A stretch of DNA of 64,000 bases, from assembly GCA_947474705.1 (NCBI GenBank), contig CANJJS010000013.1:508-64507 (forward strand), in the 5' to 3' direction. This stretch comes from Acetobacteraceae bacterium (GTDB taxonomy: Bacteria; Pseudomonadota; Alphaproteobacteria; Acetobacterales; Acetobacteraceae). The notes beneath the pieces are model-generated. The model was not told where the DNA came from. It ran no database searches and worked only from the letters and a program-made list of their open reading frames with translations. Positions 35,004 through 47,276 of this stretch are shown piece after piece. How positions within the stretch are numbered: position 1 is the first letter of the stretch; the number at the start of each line of letters is the position of its first letter. A program made the translations under genes and the position numbers.

Positions 35004-37091
35004 ATGACCGATCGCACCCCGCACCCTACCGATCGTCCAGGCGCCGGCCCGGATGCCGCCCCTTCGCGCCCCCGCGGCTGGGCCGGACTTGGTGCCGGGT
35101 TGGGCGCGCGCCTGAACGCCCTGCGCATCCGCCGCGGCGCGCCGCCACGCGACGCGGTGCCGCGGATGGAACACTTTCACGTCACCTCCGCCGAAAAGCG
35201 CCGCCGCGCGGAAATGGAACGCAGTCGCGGCCGCATCGTGATCGCCGCCGGCTGCTTCGCCGCTTTGTTCGCCGTCGTCGGCGGCCGCGTCGCATGGGTG
35301 ACCGTCCTGCGGCCCGTGCAGCCGAAGCTCGCGCAGAAAGTCCTGCCACCCGTGGCGCACGGCCCGCTGAAACCGATCACCGACACCGTGCTGCCGGGAC
35401 AGCGCGCGATGATCGTCGACCGCACGGGACAGCCGCTGGCCATGTCGCAGCCCACGCGCTCCGTCTACGCCGACCCCACCGCCATCGCCGATCCCGCCGA
35501 CGTCGCGAAAAAGCTGAAAACCGTGCTGCCACGGCTCGACGTCGCCCGCACGATCGCCCGCCTGAAGGACCAGAGCAAACGCTTCGTCTACCTCGAACGC
35601 CAGATCACCCCCGACGAAGAAGCCCGCATCAACAATCTCGGCATCCCCAGCGTCGATTTCCGCCAGACCCAGCAGCGCCACTACCCGCTGGGCCGGGTCG
35701 CCGCGCACGTCATCGGCGGCGTCGACATCGACGAGAACGGGGTCGCCGGCGCCGAAATGGCCTTCGACAAACAAATCAAGGAAACGGGACAGCCGCTGCG
35801 CCTCTCCCTCGATGTCCGCGTGCAGAACGTGGTGCGCGAGGAACTGCTGGCCGCCAAACAAATGTTCTCCGCCATCGGCGCCGCCGGCATCGTCATGGAC
35901 GTCAACACCGGCGAGGTCCTGGCCATGGTCTCGCTGCCCGACTACGACGCCAACGCGTTCCGTACCGCGGGCACCGAGGAACGGTTCAACCGCGCGATCA
36001 CCGGCACCTACGAACCCGGCTCCACCTTTAAGATCCAGACCCTCGCCATGGGCCTCGATCTGAACGCGGTCCACATCTGGGACTCCTTCGACGCCGCCAA
36101 CACCATCCAGATCGGCCGCTTCACCATCTCCGACTTCGAGGGCAAGCACCGCGCGCTGACCTTGCCGGAAGTCCTCGCCTACTCCTCCAACCTCGGCGCC
36201 GCCCGCATTGCGCGCATCGTCGGCGGCGAACGCCAGCGCAACTGGATGCGGAGCATGGGCATGTTCCAGCGCGTCCCCATCGAGCTGAAGGAAGCCTCCC
36301 GGCCCATCGTCCGCTCCGACGCCACCTGGGGCGAGGCCGTGAACTACACCGTCGGCTTCGGCCACGGCATCTCCGTCACCCCGTTGCATGTCGTCGCGGG
36401 CACCGCCGCCGTCGCCAATGGCGGTCTGCTGATGCGGCCGACGATCCTGGCCACCGACCCGGCCAGCCCGCCCGAAGGCACGCGGGTGATGAAAGCGGCG
36501 ACGTCGGACGTCATGCGCCGCCTGATGCGCCTGGTGGTCACCAGCGGCTTCGGCAAGAAAGCCGAGGTGCCAGGCTATTACCCCGGCGGAAAGACCGGCA
36601 CGGCCGAGAAGAACAGCGGAAAAGGCTATAAAAAACACGCGAACGTCTCGGCCTTCATGAGCGTCTTCCCCATGCACGCGCCGCGCTTCGCCGTTTACAT
36701 CATGCTCGACGAGCCGCACGGCACCGCCGCGACGGGCGGTTACTCGACCGCCGGCCAGGTCGCCGCGCCGGCGGCGGGCAAGGTCATCACCCGCATCGGC
36801 CCGATCATGGGGTTGATGCCCGACATCCAGAATATGGCCGCCATCGACCAGGCCCTGGCGATCCCGATGCAACCCGCGCGCGGTATGGTTCTGGGCCCGA
36901 TCCGGGTGCCCGAACAAAAACCCGAAAGCGCCGCGCCGCCGAAAATCGTGCCCGCGCGGATCCCGCCGGGACCGCCGCAACCCGACCTGATGCGCAAAAC
37001 CCAGGCGGTTCCGCCGAACTCACCCCCCAATCGTGCCACGGGCGCTCCGCTTGTGGCCGTTTCCTCGGCGTCGACCGTTGCTCCTCGCTGA
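35004..37091 (+). CDS. ftsI: Peptidoglycan D,D-transpeptidase FtsI (PBP3)
   Basis: SxxK (GSTFK), SxN (YSSNLG) and KTG (GGKTGTAEK) motifs. TM IVIAAGCFAALFAVVGG. The start could be a later ATG. Confidence 0.9.
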   Translation: MTDRTPHPTDRPGAGPDAAPSRPRGWAGLGAGLGARLNALRIRRGAPPRDAVPRMEHFHVTSAEKRRRAEMERSRGRIVIAAGCFAALFAVVGGRVAWVTVLRPVQPKLAQKVLPPVAHGPLKPITDTVLPGQRAMIVDRTGQPLAMSQPTRSVYADPTAIADPADVAKKLKTVLPRLDVARTIARLKDQSKRFVYLERQITPDEEARINNLGIPSVDFRQTQQRHYPLGRVAAHVIGGVDIDENGVAGAEMAFDKQIKETGQPLRLSLDVRVQNVVREELLAAKQMFSAIGAAGIVMDVNTGEVLAMVSLPDYDANAFRTAGTEERFNRAITGTYEPGSTFKIQTLAMGLDLNAVHIWDSFDAANTIQIGRFTISDFEGKHRALTLPEVLAYSSNLGAARIARIVGGERQRNWMRSMGMFQRVPIELKEASRPIVRSDATWGEAVNYTVGFGHGISVTPLHVVAGTAAVANGGLLMRPTILATDPASPPEGTRVMKAATSDVMRRLMRLVVTSGFGKKAEVPGYYPGGKTGTAEKNSGKGYKKHANVSAFMSVFPMHAPRFAVYIMLDEPHGTAATGGYSTAGQVAAPAAGKVITRIGPIMGLMPDIQNMAAIDQALAIPMQPARGMVLGPIRVPEQKPESAAPPKIVPARIPPGPPQPDLMRKTQAVPPNSPPNRATGAPLVAVSSASTVAPR

Positions 37092-38556
37092 TATCTTCCG
37101 TCAGATCGCCGCCTGGCCCGGAAACACCGGGACTTTGCCACGGGCGCCGGCCGGGCTGGATATCGCGCGCATCGAGTCCGACAGCCGGCTCGTCCGGCCC
37201 GGCGATATGTTCGCGGCCATTCCCGGCACCGCCGTGGACGGGCGTCAGTTCATCGCCGAGGCGGTGAACAACGGCGCCATCGCCGTGCTCGCGCCCCCGC
37301 ATACCGCCTGGCCGGTGGGCACGCCGGTGCGTTTCATGATTCCGGATGCGGAGCCCAGGAGGCTGATGGCGCGGATAGCGGCGGTGCTGGCGCGGGTGCG
37401 GCCGGAGACGGTCGTCGCGGTCACCGGCACCAACGGCAAAACCAGCACGGTCGAATTCCTTCGCCAGCTTTGGGCGCTCGACGGACACCCCGCCGCCAGT
37501 ATCGGTACCCTTGGCGTCATCGCACCCGGCATCCCCCCCGGCCCTGGGCTTACCACCCCGGACCCCATCAGCCTGGCCCGGACACTGGCGGATTTCGCCC
37601 GCCACGGAATCCAGCACGTGGCCATGGAGGCCTCGTCCCACGGTCTGGATCAATACCGCCTCGACGGAGTCAAACTCGCGGGCGCGGGCTTCACCAACCT
37701 GACCCGCGATCACCTTGATTACCATGTCACCATGGCCAGCTATCGCGCCGCCAAGCTGCGCCTGGCCGGGGCCCTGCTGCCGCCGAAGGCGCCGCTTGTC
37801 GTCCATGCCGGCATGGACCCGGTGACACTCGAATCCCTGCGCTCCACCGCGATCGCCCGGCGCCTGCATTTTCACACGGTGGGGGAGGGCGGGTCGCTGA
37901 TCCGCCTGATCTCCGCCACCCCCCGCCCGGATGGCCAGGACCTGATCGTGGAGGCCGCCGGCGTCCGCCGCGCCGTCCATTTGACTCTGCCCGGCCGCTT
38001 CCAGGCCGACAACGTCCTCCTCGCCGCCGGTCTGGGCCTGCTGCTGGGCTGCGAACCGGCGCTCGACCTCGCCGCGCGCCTGACCGGCGTCCGCGGCCGC
38101 ATGGAACTGGCGGCGCGTCTGCCCAACGGCGCCACCGTCTATGTCGATTACGCCCACACGCCCGACGCGCTGGAACGCCTGCTGCTGGCGCTTCGTCCGC
38201 ATACAACGGGCCGGCTCCACATCGTCTTCGGCGCCGGCGGCGATCGCGATCGCGGCAAACGGCCGTTGATGGGCGAGGCCGCTTCCCGCCTGGCCGACCG
38301 GATCGTCGTCACCGACGACAATCCGCGGGGAGAACCGCCAGAGGCGATCCGCGCGGAGGTGCTGCGCGGCTGTCCGGACGCGGCCGAGATCGGCGATCGC
38401 GCGAAGGCGATCGAAGCGGCTCTGAACACCCTCGGACCCGGCGATGTCCTCGCCGTCGCCGGTAAGGGCCACGAACAAGGACAGACCATCGCGGGCGTGG
38501 TGCATCCCTTCGACGATGTATCCGCGATCCGCGCGCTTGTGGGGACAGTGCCATGA
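37033..38556 (+). CDS. murE: UDP-N-acetylmuramoyl-L-alanyl-D-glutamate--2,6-diaminopimelate ligase
   Basis: VTGTNGKTST P-loop and the DAP-specificity motif DDNPR. The track start at 37033 is GTG and overlaps ftsI by 59 nt, so the true start is uncertain. Confidence 0.9.
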   Translation: MPRALRLWPFPRRRPLLLADIFRQIAAWPGNTGTLPRAPAGLDIARIESDSRLVRPGDMFAAIPGTAVDGRQFIAEAVNNGAIAVLAPPHTAWPVGTPVRFMIPDAEPRRLMARIAAVLARVRPETVVAVTGTNGKTSTVEFLRQLWALDGHPAASIGTLGVIAPGIPPGPGLTTPDPISLARTLADFARHGIQHVAMEASSHGLDQYRLDGVKLAGAGFTNLTRDHLDYHVTMASYRAAKLRLAGALLPPKAPLVVHAGMDPVTLESLRSTAIARRLHFHTVGEGGSLIRLISATPRPDGQDLIVEAAGVRRAVHLTLPGRFQADNVLLAAGLGLLLGCEPALDLAARLTGVRGRMELAARLPNGATVYVDYAHTPDALERLLLALRPHTTGRLHIVFGAGGDRDRGKRPLMGEAASRLADRIVVTDDNPRGEPPEAIRAEVLRGCPDAAEIGDRAKAIEAALNTLGPGDVLAVAGKGHEQGQTIAGVVHPFDDVSAIRALVGTVP

Positions 38557-40163
38557 TCACACCCAGGACCAACGTGCTTTGGACGCGGGAAGACCTGCTT
38601 GAAGCCACCGGCGGGGGGTTCGCCCAGCCGTTCGACGCGAACGGGGTGTCGATCGACACCAGAACGCTGGTGCCCGACGAGATGTTCGTCGCGCTGGTGG
38701 GCGAAAACGGCGACGGTCACGAACACGCGCCGCACGCCCTGAAAGTGGGCGGCGCCGCGGGCGTGCTGATCCATCGGCGCATTCCGGTGACCGGCGGACG
38801 TCTGGCGGTGGACGACACCCAGGCGGGCCTGACCCGGCTGGGTGCCTTCGCCCGCACTCGCTTCGCCGGCCGTCTCGTCGCGGTCACCGGCAGCGTCGGC
38901 AAGACGACGACGAAGGAAATGCTCCGCCTGGTGCTGTCCGCCTTCGACAAAACGCACGCGGCGGAGGCCTCCCATAACAACCATTGGGGCGTGCCCCTGA
39001 CCCTCGCCCGGACCCCGCGCAACGCGAAGTTCTGCGTCGCCGAGATCGGCATGAACCACACCGGCGAAATCGCGCCCCTCGCGGCTCTGGCGCGTCCGCA
39101 TGTGGCCGTGATCACCGCCATCGAGGCCGCGCATATTGGCAACCTTGGCGGGATGGAACAAATCGCCGAGGAAAAAGCGGCGATCCTCTCCGGTCTGGAA
39201 CCCGGCGGCGTGGCGGTCCTGCCCGCCGACTCCCCCTGGTATCCGCGTCTGCGCGGCCATGTCGGCGCGCATCGTGTGCTGAGCTTCGGCACCGCCGCGG
39301 CCGCCGATGTCCGGCTTCTGACCCTCGAACAGGACGAAGGCGGTTCCACCTTCGCCGCGCGCGTCATGGGCAAGGAGATACGGGTCCGCCTCAACGCGCC
39401 CGGCCGCCACATGGTGTCGAACGCCCTCGCCACGCTCGCCTGCGCTGTCGCGCTCGGTCTCGATCCGGCCGCCGCCGCGCGAGCCCTGGAAGCCTTCGCG
39501 CCGGTCGCGGGCCGGGGCGTGCGTCGCGCGTTGGACCTTCCCGGGGGAACCGCCTTGCTCCTGGACGAAAGCTACAATGCCAACGGCGCCTCCGTGCGCG
39601 CCGCGCTGGAGGTGCTGCGTCTGCAACCCGCCACGCGCCGCATCGCCGTCCTCGGCGACATGCTGGAACTGGGCGAGGCCGGACCCGCGGAACACACCGC
39701 GCTGGCGGTCGACGCCGTCCGCGCCGCCGATTTGATCTTCACCTGCGGCCCGCTGATGCGAAACCTGCGCGACGCGATCCCGCCATCCGTGCAAGGCGGC
39801 CACGCCGAGGACTCCGCCGCCCTGGCGCCGCTGGTGACCGCCGCCATCGCGCCGGGCGACGCCATTTTGGTGAAAGGCAGCCTTGGTAGCCGGATGAGTA
39901 CCATCGTCGCCGCGTTCGACGCGCTGCGCGCGCCAAAGACAAATCCGCCCGCGGATGCCGCTTCTGGTGCCTCCGCCGATGCCTCCCCGGGCGAGCCCCC
40001 CGCCGCACCCCCCGCCGCACCCCCCGCCGCACCCCCCGCCGCACCCCCCGCCGCACCCCCTGGCGCACCCCCAGCCGATCCGCCTGCCGATCCGCCTGCC
40101 GATCCCCTGGCCGCGCCCCCGCCCGCCGCGTCTCCAGGCGTGCCGGGAGAACCCGCCCGATGA
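38553..40163 (+). CDS. murF: UDP-N-acetylmuramoyl-tripeptide--D-alanyl-D-alanine ligase, with a ~75-aa Pro/Ala repeat tail
   Basis: [17 protein letters not shown] overlaps at both ends. The catalytic part ends near ...[13 protein letters not shown]. The tail is [37 protein letters not shown]. Confidence 0.9.
   Translation: MITPRTNVLWTREDLLEATGGGFAQPFDANGVSIDTRTLVPDEMFVALVGENGDGHEHAPHALKVGGAAGVLIHRRIPVTGGRLAVDDTQAGLTRLGAFARTRFAGRLVAVTGSVGKTTTKEMLRLVLSAFDKTHAAEASHNNHWGVPLTLARTPRNAKFCVAEIGMNHTGEIAPLAALARPHVAVITAIEAAHIGNLGGMEQIAEEKAAILSGLEPGGVAVLPADSPWYPRLRGHVGAHRVLSFGTAAAADVRLLTLEQDEGGSTFAARVMGKEIRVRLNAPGRHMVSNALATLACAVALGLDPAAAARALEAFAPVAGRGVRRALDLPGGTALLLDESYNANGASVRAALEVLRLQPATRRIAVLGDMLELGEAGPAEHTALAVDAVRAADLIFTCGPLMRNLRDAIPPSVQGGHAEDSAALAPLVTAAIAPGDAILVKGSLGSRMSTIVAAFDALRAPKTNPPADAASGASADASPGEPPAAPPAAPPAAPPAAPPAAPPGAPPADPPADPPADPLAAPPPAASPGVPGEPAR
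39996..40103 (+). repeat. In-frame 12-nt tandem repeat (9 units) inside the murF 3' end
   Basis: CCCCCCGCCGCA x5 exact (39996-40055), then CCCCCTGGCGCA, CCCCCAGCCGAT and CCGCCTGCCGAT x2. The unit starts in the murF frame (PPAA). Confidence 0.9.
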
Positions 40164-41248
40164 TCTTCAACCTGTCCCGGATGGTGCCGGATCACTACGC
40201 GCTGGTGAACCTGGTCCGCTACATCACCTTCCGCTCCGCCTGCGCCTGCCTGACCGCGCTGGTTGTCAGCTTCTTGCTGGGCCCGATGGTGATCCGCTGG
40301 CTGCGCAGCGTGCAAGGCCAGGGCCAGCCCATCCGCGAGGACGGACCGGCCCGCCATCTGATCGAGAAAAAAGGCACGCCCACCATGGGCGGTCTTCTGA
40401 TTCTCTTCGCCCTCATCATCTCCACCCTGCTGTGGGCCGACCTGCGCAACGGCTACATCTGGGCCGTCCTGTTCGTCACCGTCGCCTATGGCGCGCTCGG
40501 GTTCTGGGACGACTACCTGAAGGTCACCAAACGCAACACCAAGGGCGTCAACGGCCGCTTCAAACTGTTCGTCCAGGCGGGCGCGGGTCTGATCGCGGCG
40601 ATCTGGCTGACCTGGCTGGCGCGCGACCCCTATGGCTCCGCCGTCACTTTTCCGGTGTTCAAGGACCTGGTCCTGCAACTCGGCATGTTCTTCCCGATTT
40701 TCGGCATGCTGGTGATGATGGGCGCGTCCAACGCGGTGAACCTGACCGATGGGCTCGACGGTCTCGCGATCGTGCCGACCATCATCTGCGCCGGCGTCTT
40801 CGCGCTGATCGCCTACCTCGTCGGCAACAAGGAATTCGCGGGGTATCTGCAACTGCACGGCATGCCCGGCGCGGGCGAGCTCGCCGTCTTCTGCTCCGCC
40901 CTGATCGGCGCGGGTCTGGGCTTTTTATGGTACAACGCCCCGCCCGCCGCCGTCTTCATGGGCGATATCGGTTCTTTGTCCATTGGCGGCGCGCTGGGCG
41001 CCGTGGCTGTCGCGACCAAACACGAAATCGTGCTCTGCATCGTCGGCGGCCTGTTCGTCGTCGAAACGGTTTCGGTCATCGTCCAGGTGTTCTGGTACAA
41101 ACGCACCGGCACCCGTGTCTTTCTGATGGCCCCGCTGCACCACCACTTCGAAAAGAAGGGCTGGTCCGAACCGACCATCGTCATTCGATTCTGGATCGTA
41201 TCGATGATTTTGGCGCTGATCGGCCTCGCCACGTTGAAAATCAGATGA
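40160..41248 (+). CDS. mraY: Phospho-N-acetylmuramoyl-pentapeptide-transferase
   Basis: 362 aa polytopic. [43 protein letters not shown]. Confidence 0.97.
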   Translation: MIFNLSRMVPDHYALVNLVRYITFRSACACLTALVVSFLLGPMVIRWLRSVQGQGQPIREDGPARHLIEKKGTPTMGGLLILFALIISTLLWADLRNGYIWAVLFVTVAYGALGFWDDYLKVTKRNTKGVNGRFKLFVQAGAGLIAAIWLTWLARDPYGSAVTFPVFKDLVLQLGMFFPIFGMLVMMGASNAVNLTDGLDGLAIVPTIICAGVFALIAYLVGNKEFAGYLQLHGMPGAGELAVFCSALIGAGLGFLWYNAPPAAVFMGDIGSLSIGGALGAVAVATKHEIVLCIVGGLFVVETVSVIVQVFWYKRTGTRVFLMAPLHHHFEKKGWSEPTIVIRFWIVSMILALIGLATLKIR

Positions 41249-42618
41249 GCGGTTTTCCCCCAACCCTCTTCGCCGGCAAACGCTTCGCCGTCGTCGGCCT
41301 CGGCGCCAACGGTCTGCCCGCCGCCAACGCGCTGCGCGCCATGGGCGCCACGGTGGAAGCCTGGGACGATTCCGAAACCGGCCGCGCCGCCGCGGGAGAC
41401 CACGTGCTCCGCGACTTCCGCGAGGGGCCCCTGAACTTCGACGCCATGGTGCTCTCGCCCGGCATCCCGCACCGCCTGCCGAAACCGCACCCAATCGCCG
41501 CCCGAGCCATCGCCATGGGCCTGCCGATCGTGTCCGACGCCGAGCTGCTGTTTCAGGCCGTCCGCGCCGCCGGATCGCGCGCCCGCTTCGTCGGCATCAC
41601 CGGCACCAACGGCAAATCGACGACCACGGCGCTGCTGGCCCATGTCCTGAACCAGGCGGGATACAACGCCGAAGCCGGCGGGAATCTGGGCCCCGCCGCG
41701 CTTTCGCTGCCTTTTTTGCCCGATAACGGCATTTATGTGCTGGAAATGTCGTCCTACATGTTGGAGCGACTCCGTACGATTCGCTTCGATGCGGCGGCGA
41801 TGCTCAATCTCAGCGCCGATCACATCGACCGCCATGGCGACATGGACGGTTACGCCCTGGCGAAGCGGTCCGTCTTCGACCGCCAGACCCGCGCCGACCT
41901 CGCCGTCATCGGAATCGAGGATGCCGGTTCGCGCGCCATGGCCGCCTGGCTCGACACAATGCCCGCCAGAACAATCCGCGTCGCCGGAGACGCCGCCGCC
42001 GATGTCTGGTGCCAGGAGGGTATTCTCCGCGACGCCGCCGGTCCGATCCTGCGGATGGCGGAGACCGCCGCGCTGCCCGGCGCCCACAACGCCCAGAACG
42101 CCGCCGCCTGCTTCGCCATCGCCAGCTTCCTTGGCCTGGACCGCGAAGCCATCGCCCGCGGCATCGCGTCCTATCCCGGCCTGCCGCACCGCCAGGAGAA
42201 GGTCGCGACCATCGACGGCGTCACATTTATCAATGACAGCAAAGCGACCAACGCGGACTCGGCCGAGCGCGCGTTGATGTGCCACGACCGCCTGATCTGG
42301 ATCGCCGGCGGCATGGGCAAGGAAGGCGGCATCGTCCCGCTGGCCCCCTACTTCCCTCGCATCGCCCATGCCCTGCTGATCGGCCGCGACGCCCCCATCT
42401 TCGCCGCGACACTCCGCGAACACGGCGTCTCCTTCGACAGCGTGGAAACCCTGGACGCCGCCGTCCCCGCCGCCTTCGCCGCCGCCAAACGCACCCACAC
42501 CCCGGTCGTGCTGCTCTCGCCCGCGACCGCCAGTTGGGACCAGTTCAAAAGTTACGAGCACCGCGGTGTCCGCTTCGGCGAACTCGCCCGCGCGCTCGCC
42601 AACGGAGGCGCGGCATGA
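41245..42618 (+). CDS. murD: UDP-N-acetylmuramoylalanine--D-glutamate ligase
   Basis: Internal ATG ([23 protein letters not shown]). [15 protein letters not shown] overlaps on both sides. Confidence 0.95.
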   Translation: MSGFPPTLFAGKRFAVVGLGANGLPAANALRAMGATVEAWDDSETGRAAAGDHVLRDFREGPLNFDAMVLSPGIPHRLPKPHPIAARAIAMGLPIVSDAELLFQAVRAAGSRARFVGITGTNGKSTTTALLAHVLNQAGYNAEAGGNLGPAALSLPFLPDNGIYVLEMSSYMLERLRTIRFDAAAMLNLSADHIDRHGDMDGYALAKRSVFDRQTRADLAVIGIEDAGSRAMAAWLDTMPARTIRVAGDAAADVWCQEGILRDAAGPILRMAETAALPGAHNAQNAAACFAIASFLGLDREAIARGIASYPGLPHRQEKVATIDGVTFINDSKATNADSAERALMCHDRLIWIAGGMGKEGGIVPLAPYFPRIAHALLIGRDAPIFAATLREHGVSFDSVETLDAAVPAAFAAAKRTHTPVVLLSPATASWDQFKSYEHRGVRFGELARALANGGAA

Positions 42619-43766
42619 TCGCTTTCTCCCGCGCCGACAACACCCCCATCGCCCGCTGGTGGCTCACCGTCGACCGCTGGACGCTGGGCGCGCTCTGCTT
42701 CCTGGTGGGCTGCGGTTACATCATGGTCCTGGCGGCCAGCCCGGCGGTGGCGGAACGCATCCACGCCTCGCGCGAACTGTTCATTTTCAAGCAACTGGTG
42801 TTCCTGGCGATCTCCATGGGCATCGTCGTCGGCGTGTCGATGCTGCCGCCCCGCATGGTGCGCCAGCTTGCGCTTCTGGGCTGCGGGCTCGCGCTGCTGG
42901 CCACCGCGGCGACAATGGTGATCGGCGTCGAGACCAAGGGCGCCGCGCGCTGGATCTCCATCGCCGGCAATCGCATCCAGCCCTCCGAGTTCCTGAAACC
43001 CTGCTTCGCCATGACCACGGCGTGGCTGCTGGCGCGGCAACGGATCAAGCCCGGCTTCCACGGAACCATGATCGCCCTGGCGCTGTTCCTGACGATCGTC
43101 GTCATCCTGAAGCGCCAGCCCGACGTCGGCATGATGGCCGTCATCGGCGCCGTCTTCATGATCCAGCTCTTCGTCAGCGGCCTCAACCTCCTCTGGGTCG
43201 CCCTGGGCCTCAGCCTCGCCGGCGGCGGCGGCGTCGCGCTTTACACCCTGCTGCCCCATGTCCGCCGCCGCTTCGACCAGTTCATGTACGGCAAAGGCGG
43301 CAACTATCAGATCGACCGCGTCATGGAGGCCTTCGCCAATGGCGGCCTGTTCGGCAAAGGCGCGGGCGAGGGCCGGGTCAAAGACACCATCCCCGACGTC
43401 CACGCCGACGTCGTCTTCGCCGTCGTGGGCGAGGAATTCGGCATGATCGTCTGCCTGCTCCTGGTCGGCGTCTTCGCCTTCGTCGTCCTGCGCGGCCTGC
43501 TGCGCCTGACCCGCGAACAAGATCTGTTCGTCGTGCTCGCCGGCACCGGCCTCGTCGCGGGGTTCGGCCTCCAGGCCATGATCAATCTCTTCTCCACGCT
43601 CGGCATGATGCCGACCAAGGGCATGACGCTGCCCTTCATCTCCTACGGCGGTTCCTCCGCCGTCGCCGTCGGTCTGGGCATGGGCATGCTGCTGTCGCTG
43701 ACCCGTCCGCGTGCCCGCGATGAGCGCGGCGGCCGCGACAGAGGCCTGGCCGAGGAGCCGGTATGA
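42615..43766 (+). CDS. ftsW: Peptidoglycan glycosyltransferase FtsW (SEDS family)
   Basis: Internal ATG (MIAFSRADN). SEDS blocks [42 protein letters not shown]. Confidence 0.95.
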   Translation: MIAFSRADNTPIARWWLTVDRWTLGALCFLVGCGYIMVLAASPAVAERIHASRELFIFKQLVFLAISMGIVVGVSMLPPRMVRQLALLGCGLALLATAATMVIGVETKGAARWISIAGNRIQPSEFLKPCFAMTTAWLLARQRIKPGFHGTMIALALFLTIVVILKRQPDVGMMAVIGAVFMIQLFVSGLNLLWVALGLSLAGGGGVALYTLLPHVRRRFDQFMYGKGGNYQIDRVMEAFANGGLFGKGAGEGRVKDTIPDVHADVVFAVVGEEFGMIVCLLLVGVFAFVVLRGLLRLTREQDLFVVLAGTGLVAGFGLQAMINLFSTLGMMPTKGMTLPFISYGGSSAVAVGLGMGMLLSLTRPRARDERGGRDRGLAEEPV

Positions 43767-44908
43767 GAGGCCCCGAAGCCCGCCCGATCGCCATCGCCGC
43801 CGGCGGCACCGGCGGCCATTTCTACCCCGCCGAGGCCCTGGCCGCGACGCTGATCGAGCGCGGCCATTGGGTCGTGCTGATGACCGACGCCCGCTCCGGC
43901 GCCCTGAAAAGCCAGGTCTTCGACGCGCGGAACCAATACGTCCTCCCCGGCGCCGGCATCGCGGGCCGCGGCATCGTCCGCGCGGGCAAGGCGATCTTCG
44001 CGCTGGCCGCCGGTGTCGCCCGCGCCCGAAGTATTCTCGCCAGTGTCCGTCCCGCCGCGATTGTCGCCTTTGGCGGATATCCGTCGGTTCCGCCCGTTCT
44101 CGGCGCCCGGCTGCTCGGCAAACGTCCCCCGGTCATCTTGCACGAACAGAACGCCGTTCTCGGCCGCGCCAACCGCTTTCTCGCGCGCCACGCCACGCTG
44201 CTCGCCCTGAGCTTCGCCGCCACCACCCGCGTTCCCTCCGGCGTGAAAACCCTTGTCACCGGCGTGCCCGTCCGTCCCGCCGTGATCGCCCTCGCCAAAT
44301 CGGGCTACGAAGCGCCCGCGCCGATCCGCCACGACGGCACCATCCACGGCGGGTCCATCCGCCTGCTGATCCTTGGCGGCTCTCTCGGCGCCCGGGTCTT
44401 CAGCGACGTCGTCCCCGAAGCCCTCGCCGCCCTGCCCGAAGAACTTCGCACCCGCTTGCTGGTCACCCAGCAATGCCGGGCCGAGGACATCGAACGCGTT
44501 CGGGCGATCTACGCCGAACGCGGCATTCAGGCGGAAACGGCCCCCTTCTTCCAGGACGTCGCCGACCGCCTCCTCGCCGCGCACCTCGTCATTTCCCGGG
44601 CGGGCGCATCCTCCGTCTCCGAACTCGCCATCGCCGGCCGGCCCGCCATCCTGGTGCCGCTGCCCGGCGCCATCGACGACCATCAATCCGCCAACGCCCG
44701 CGCGCTGGCCGGCGCGGGCGGCGCCTGGATCATGCCGCAGCCGGTCTTCACCGCCAAAGCGCTGACCGAGGCCCTGGCCCGCCTGCTCACCGACCCGGCC
44801 GCCCTGGCCAAAGCCGCCACCGGCGCCCGAAGCGTCGCCCAACCCGGCGCCGCGGCCGCGCTCGCCGACGCGGTCGAACACCTGATCCGCCAGGAGGCGC
44901 GTCCATGA
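43763..44908 (+). CDS. murG: UDP-N-acetylglucosamine--N-acetylmuramyl-(pentapeptide) pyrophosphoryl-undecaprenol N-acetylglucosamine transferase
   Basis: [16 protein letters not shown]...[25 protein letters not shown]...DDHQSANA. Confidence 0.95.
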   Translation: MRGPEARPIAIAAGGTGGHFYPAEALAATLIERGHWVVLMTDARSGALKSQVFDARNQYVLPGAGIAGRGIVRAGKAIFALAAGVARARSILASVRPAAIVAFGGYPSVPPVLGARLLGKRPPVILHEQNAVLGRANRFLARHATLLALSFAATTRVPSGVKTLVTGVPVRPAVIALAKSGYEAPAPIRHDGTIHGGSIRLLILGGSLGARVFSDVVPEALAALPEELRTRLLVTQQCRAEDIERVRAIYAERGIQAETAPFFQDVADRLLAAHLVISRAGASSVSELAIAGRPAILVPLPGAIDDHQSANARALAGAGGAWIMPQPVFTAKALTEALARLLTDPAALAKAATGARSVAQPGAAAALADAVEHLIRQEARP

Positions 44909-46338
44909 GAGCCTTGCCACTGACCATCGGACGCATGCATTTCGTCGGCATTGGCGGCATCGGCATGTCCGGCATCGCCGAGGTCCTGCATACCCTGGGC
45001 TACTCCGTCCAGGGCTCCGACATCTCCGAATCCGCCAATGTCCGCCGCCTGCGCGAGGCCGGGATCCCCGTCTCCATCGGCCACGCCGCCGAAAACATCG
45101 GCGATGCCCGCGTCGTCGTCGTCTCCACCGCCGTCAAACGCGACAACCCGGAGGTCGCCGCCGCCCGCGCCCGCTTCATCCCCGTGGTCCGCCGCGCCGA
45201 AATGCTGGCCGAACTGATGCGCCTGAAATGGGCGATCGCCGTTGGCGGCACCCACGGCAAAACCACCACCACCAGCCTGATCGCCTGCATGCTGGAAGCG
45301 GCCCATCTCGATCCCACCGTCATCAACGGTGGCATCATCAACGCATACGGCACCAACACCCGCATGGGCGACGGTGAGTGGATGGTCGTCGAAGCCGACG
45401 AAAGCGACGGCAGTTTTTTACGGCTCCCCGCCGTCATCGCCGTCGTCACCAACATGGATCCCGAACATTTGGACCATTGGGGCACGGCGGAAGCGATGAC
45501 CGCCGGGTTCGACCAGTTCGTCGCCAATATTCCCTTCTATGGCTTCGCCGTTCTCTGCATCGACCACCCCGCCGTGCAGCAGATGATCCCGCGGCTGTCC
45601 GACCGCCGTATCGTCACCTACGGCTTCTCGCCGCAGGCCGATGTCCGCGCCGACAAGGTCCACCCCGACAAGGCCGGTTCGACGTTCGAGGTCGTGGTCA
45701 CCGACCGCGTCCGCAACCGCTCCCGCCGCATGGGCCCTTTCCGCCTCCCCATGCTGGGCGCCCACAACGTCCAGAACGCCCTGGCCGCCATCGCCGTCGG
45801 CGTCGAAATGGAAATTCCCGACAACGTTCTTCGCGACGCCTTCCTTGGCTTCAAGGGCGTCAGCCGCCGCTTCACCCGCACCGGCGAGGCCGGCGGCATC
45901 ACCGTCATCGACGATTACGGCCACCACCCCGTCGAGATCGCCGCCGTGCTGAAAGCCGCCCGTCAGGCCGGCGCCCGCGATGTCGTCGCCATCGTCCAGC
46001 CGCACCGCTACACCCGCCTGCAATCGCTGTTCCCAGAATTCTGCGCCTGCATGAACGATGCCGGCACCGTCATCGTCGCCGACGTCTACCCCGCCGGCGA
46101 GGCGCCGATCCCCGGTATCGACCGCGACGCTTTGGTGGAGGGCATGCGCGCCCGCGGCCACCGCTCCGTCGTGCCGCTGCCCGCCCCCGCCCGCCTCGCC
46201 GAAATGGTCCACGCCATCGCCAAACCCGGCGATTATGTCGTTTGCCTGGGCGCCGGAAACATCACCCAATGGGCCGCCGCGCTCCCCGCCGAACTGGCCG
46301 CCCTTCAGGCCAACACACGCCGAGGCCCGCCGTCATGA
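44905..46338 (+). CDS. murC: UDP-N-acetylmuramate--L-alanine ligase
   Basis: Internal ATG ([28 protein letters not shown]). [12 protein letters not shown]. Confidence 0.95.
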   Translation: MRALPLTIGRMHFVGIGGIGMSGIAEVLHTLGYSVQGSDISESANVRRLREAGIPVSIGHAAENIGDARVVVVSTAVKRDNPEVAAARARFIPVVRRAEMLAELMRLKWAIAVGGTHGKTTTTSLIACMLEAAHLDPTVINGGIINAYGTNTRMGDGEWMVVEADESDGSFLRLPAVIAVVTNMDPEHLDHWGTAEAMTAGFDQFVANIPFYGFAVLCIDHPAVQQMIPRLSDRRIVTYGFSPQADVRADKVHPDKAGSTFEVVVTDRVRNRSRRMGPFRLPMLGAHNVQNALAAIAVGVEMEIPDNVLRDAFLGFKGVSRRFTRTGEAGGITVIDDYGHHPVEIAAVLKAARQAGARDVVAIVQPHRYTRLQSLFPEFCACMNDAGTVIVADVYPAGEAPIPGIDRDALVEGMRARGHRSVVPLPAPARLAEMVHAIAKPGDYVVCLGAGNITQWAAALPAELAALQANTRRGPPS

Positions 46339-47276
46339 CGGGAACCGCGCGCACCCAAACCCAGGCCGCCGAGGGCCTGCCCCCGATTAGGGGCCGCGTC
46401 CAACCCAACGCGCCGCTCGCCCCCGTGACCTGGTTCCGGGCCGGCGGCGCGGCCGAGTTTCTGGTCCGGCCCGCCGACGCCGACGACCTGGCCACTTTGT
46501 TCCGAGGCCTGCCGGACACGACGCCCGTACACGTCATCGGTGCCGCCTCCAACCTGATTATCCGCGACGGCGGCCTGCCTGGCGTGACCATCCGCCTCGC
46601 CCGCGGGTTCTCCGCCATTACCGTCGAGCCGGACGGCGTCATCGCGGGCGCCGCCGCCCTTGACCTGACCGTCGCCGAAACCGCCGCCGCCGCCGGTCTG
46701 ACCGGCCTCGAATTCCTGTCCGGCATCCCCGGCAGCATCGGCGGCGCCGTCGCCATGAACGCGGGCGCTTATGGCGGCGACATGTCGCATGTTCTGTCAT
46801 GGGCCGAGTGCGTGACCCGCGACGGCGAGAAGCGCCGTTTGACCTCGACCGACCTCGCCTTCGGCTACCGCCACGCCAACGTCCCGCCGGGCAGCGTCAT
46901 CACCCGGGCACGCCTGGCCGCGAAGCCCGGCGCCACCCCCACGATCGCCGCGAAGATGGCGGAAATCCGCGCCTCCCGCGAAGCCTCCCAGCCCATCCGC
47001 GCCCGCACCGGCGGGTCCACGTTCCGAAATCCCGACGGGATGAAAGCCTGGGAACTGATCGACGCCGCCGGCTGCCGCGGTTTGATCCGTGGCGGCGCCG
47101 CCGTGTCCGAAAAACACTGCAACTTCCTGATCAACACCGGCGCCGCCACCGCCGCCGACATCGAAGCCCTTGGCGAGGAAGTCCGCCGCCGCGTCAAGGA
47201 AGCCACCGGCGTCGATCTGCATTGGGAAATCCGCCGCATCGGCGTTCCCGCCGCCAAATCGGAGACAGGCACATGA
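46335..47276 (+). CDS. murB: UDP-N-acetylenolpyruvoylglucosamine reductase
   Basis: Internal ATG (MTGTART). FAD-binding [41 protein letters not shown]. Confidence 0.95.
   Translation: MTGTARTQTQAAEGLPPIRGRVQPNAPLAPVTWFRAGGAAEFLVRPADADDLATLFRGLPDTTPVHVIGAASNLIIRDGGLPGVTIRLARGFSAITVEPDGVIAGAAALDLTVAETAAAAGLTGLEFLSGIPGSIGGAVAMNAGAYGGDMSHVLSWAECVTRDGEKRRLTSTDLAFGYRHANVPPGSVITRARLAAKPGATPTIAAKMAEIRASREASQPIRARTGGSTFRNPDGMKAWELIDAAGCRGLIRGGAAVSEKHCNFLINTGAATAADIEALGEEVRRRVKEATGVDLHWEIRRIGVPAAKSETGT

Noticed and set aside
33660-36980. 1106-aa ORF on the minus strand, the longest in this part of the window
   Set aside because: It runs antisense to the well-supported ftsL and ftsI genes. Its translation is R/G/A/D-rich low complexity with no motif. 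Long stop-free antisense frames are expected at this GC content.
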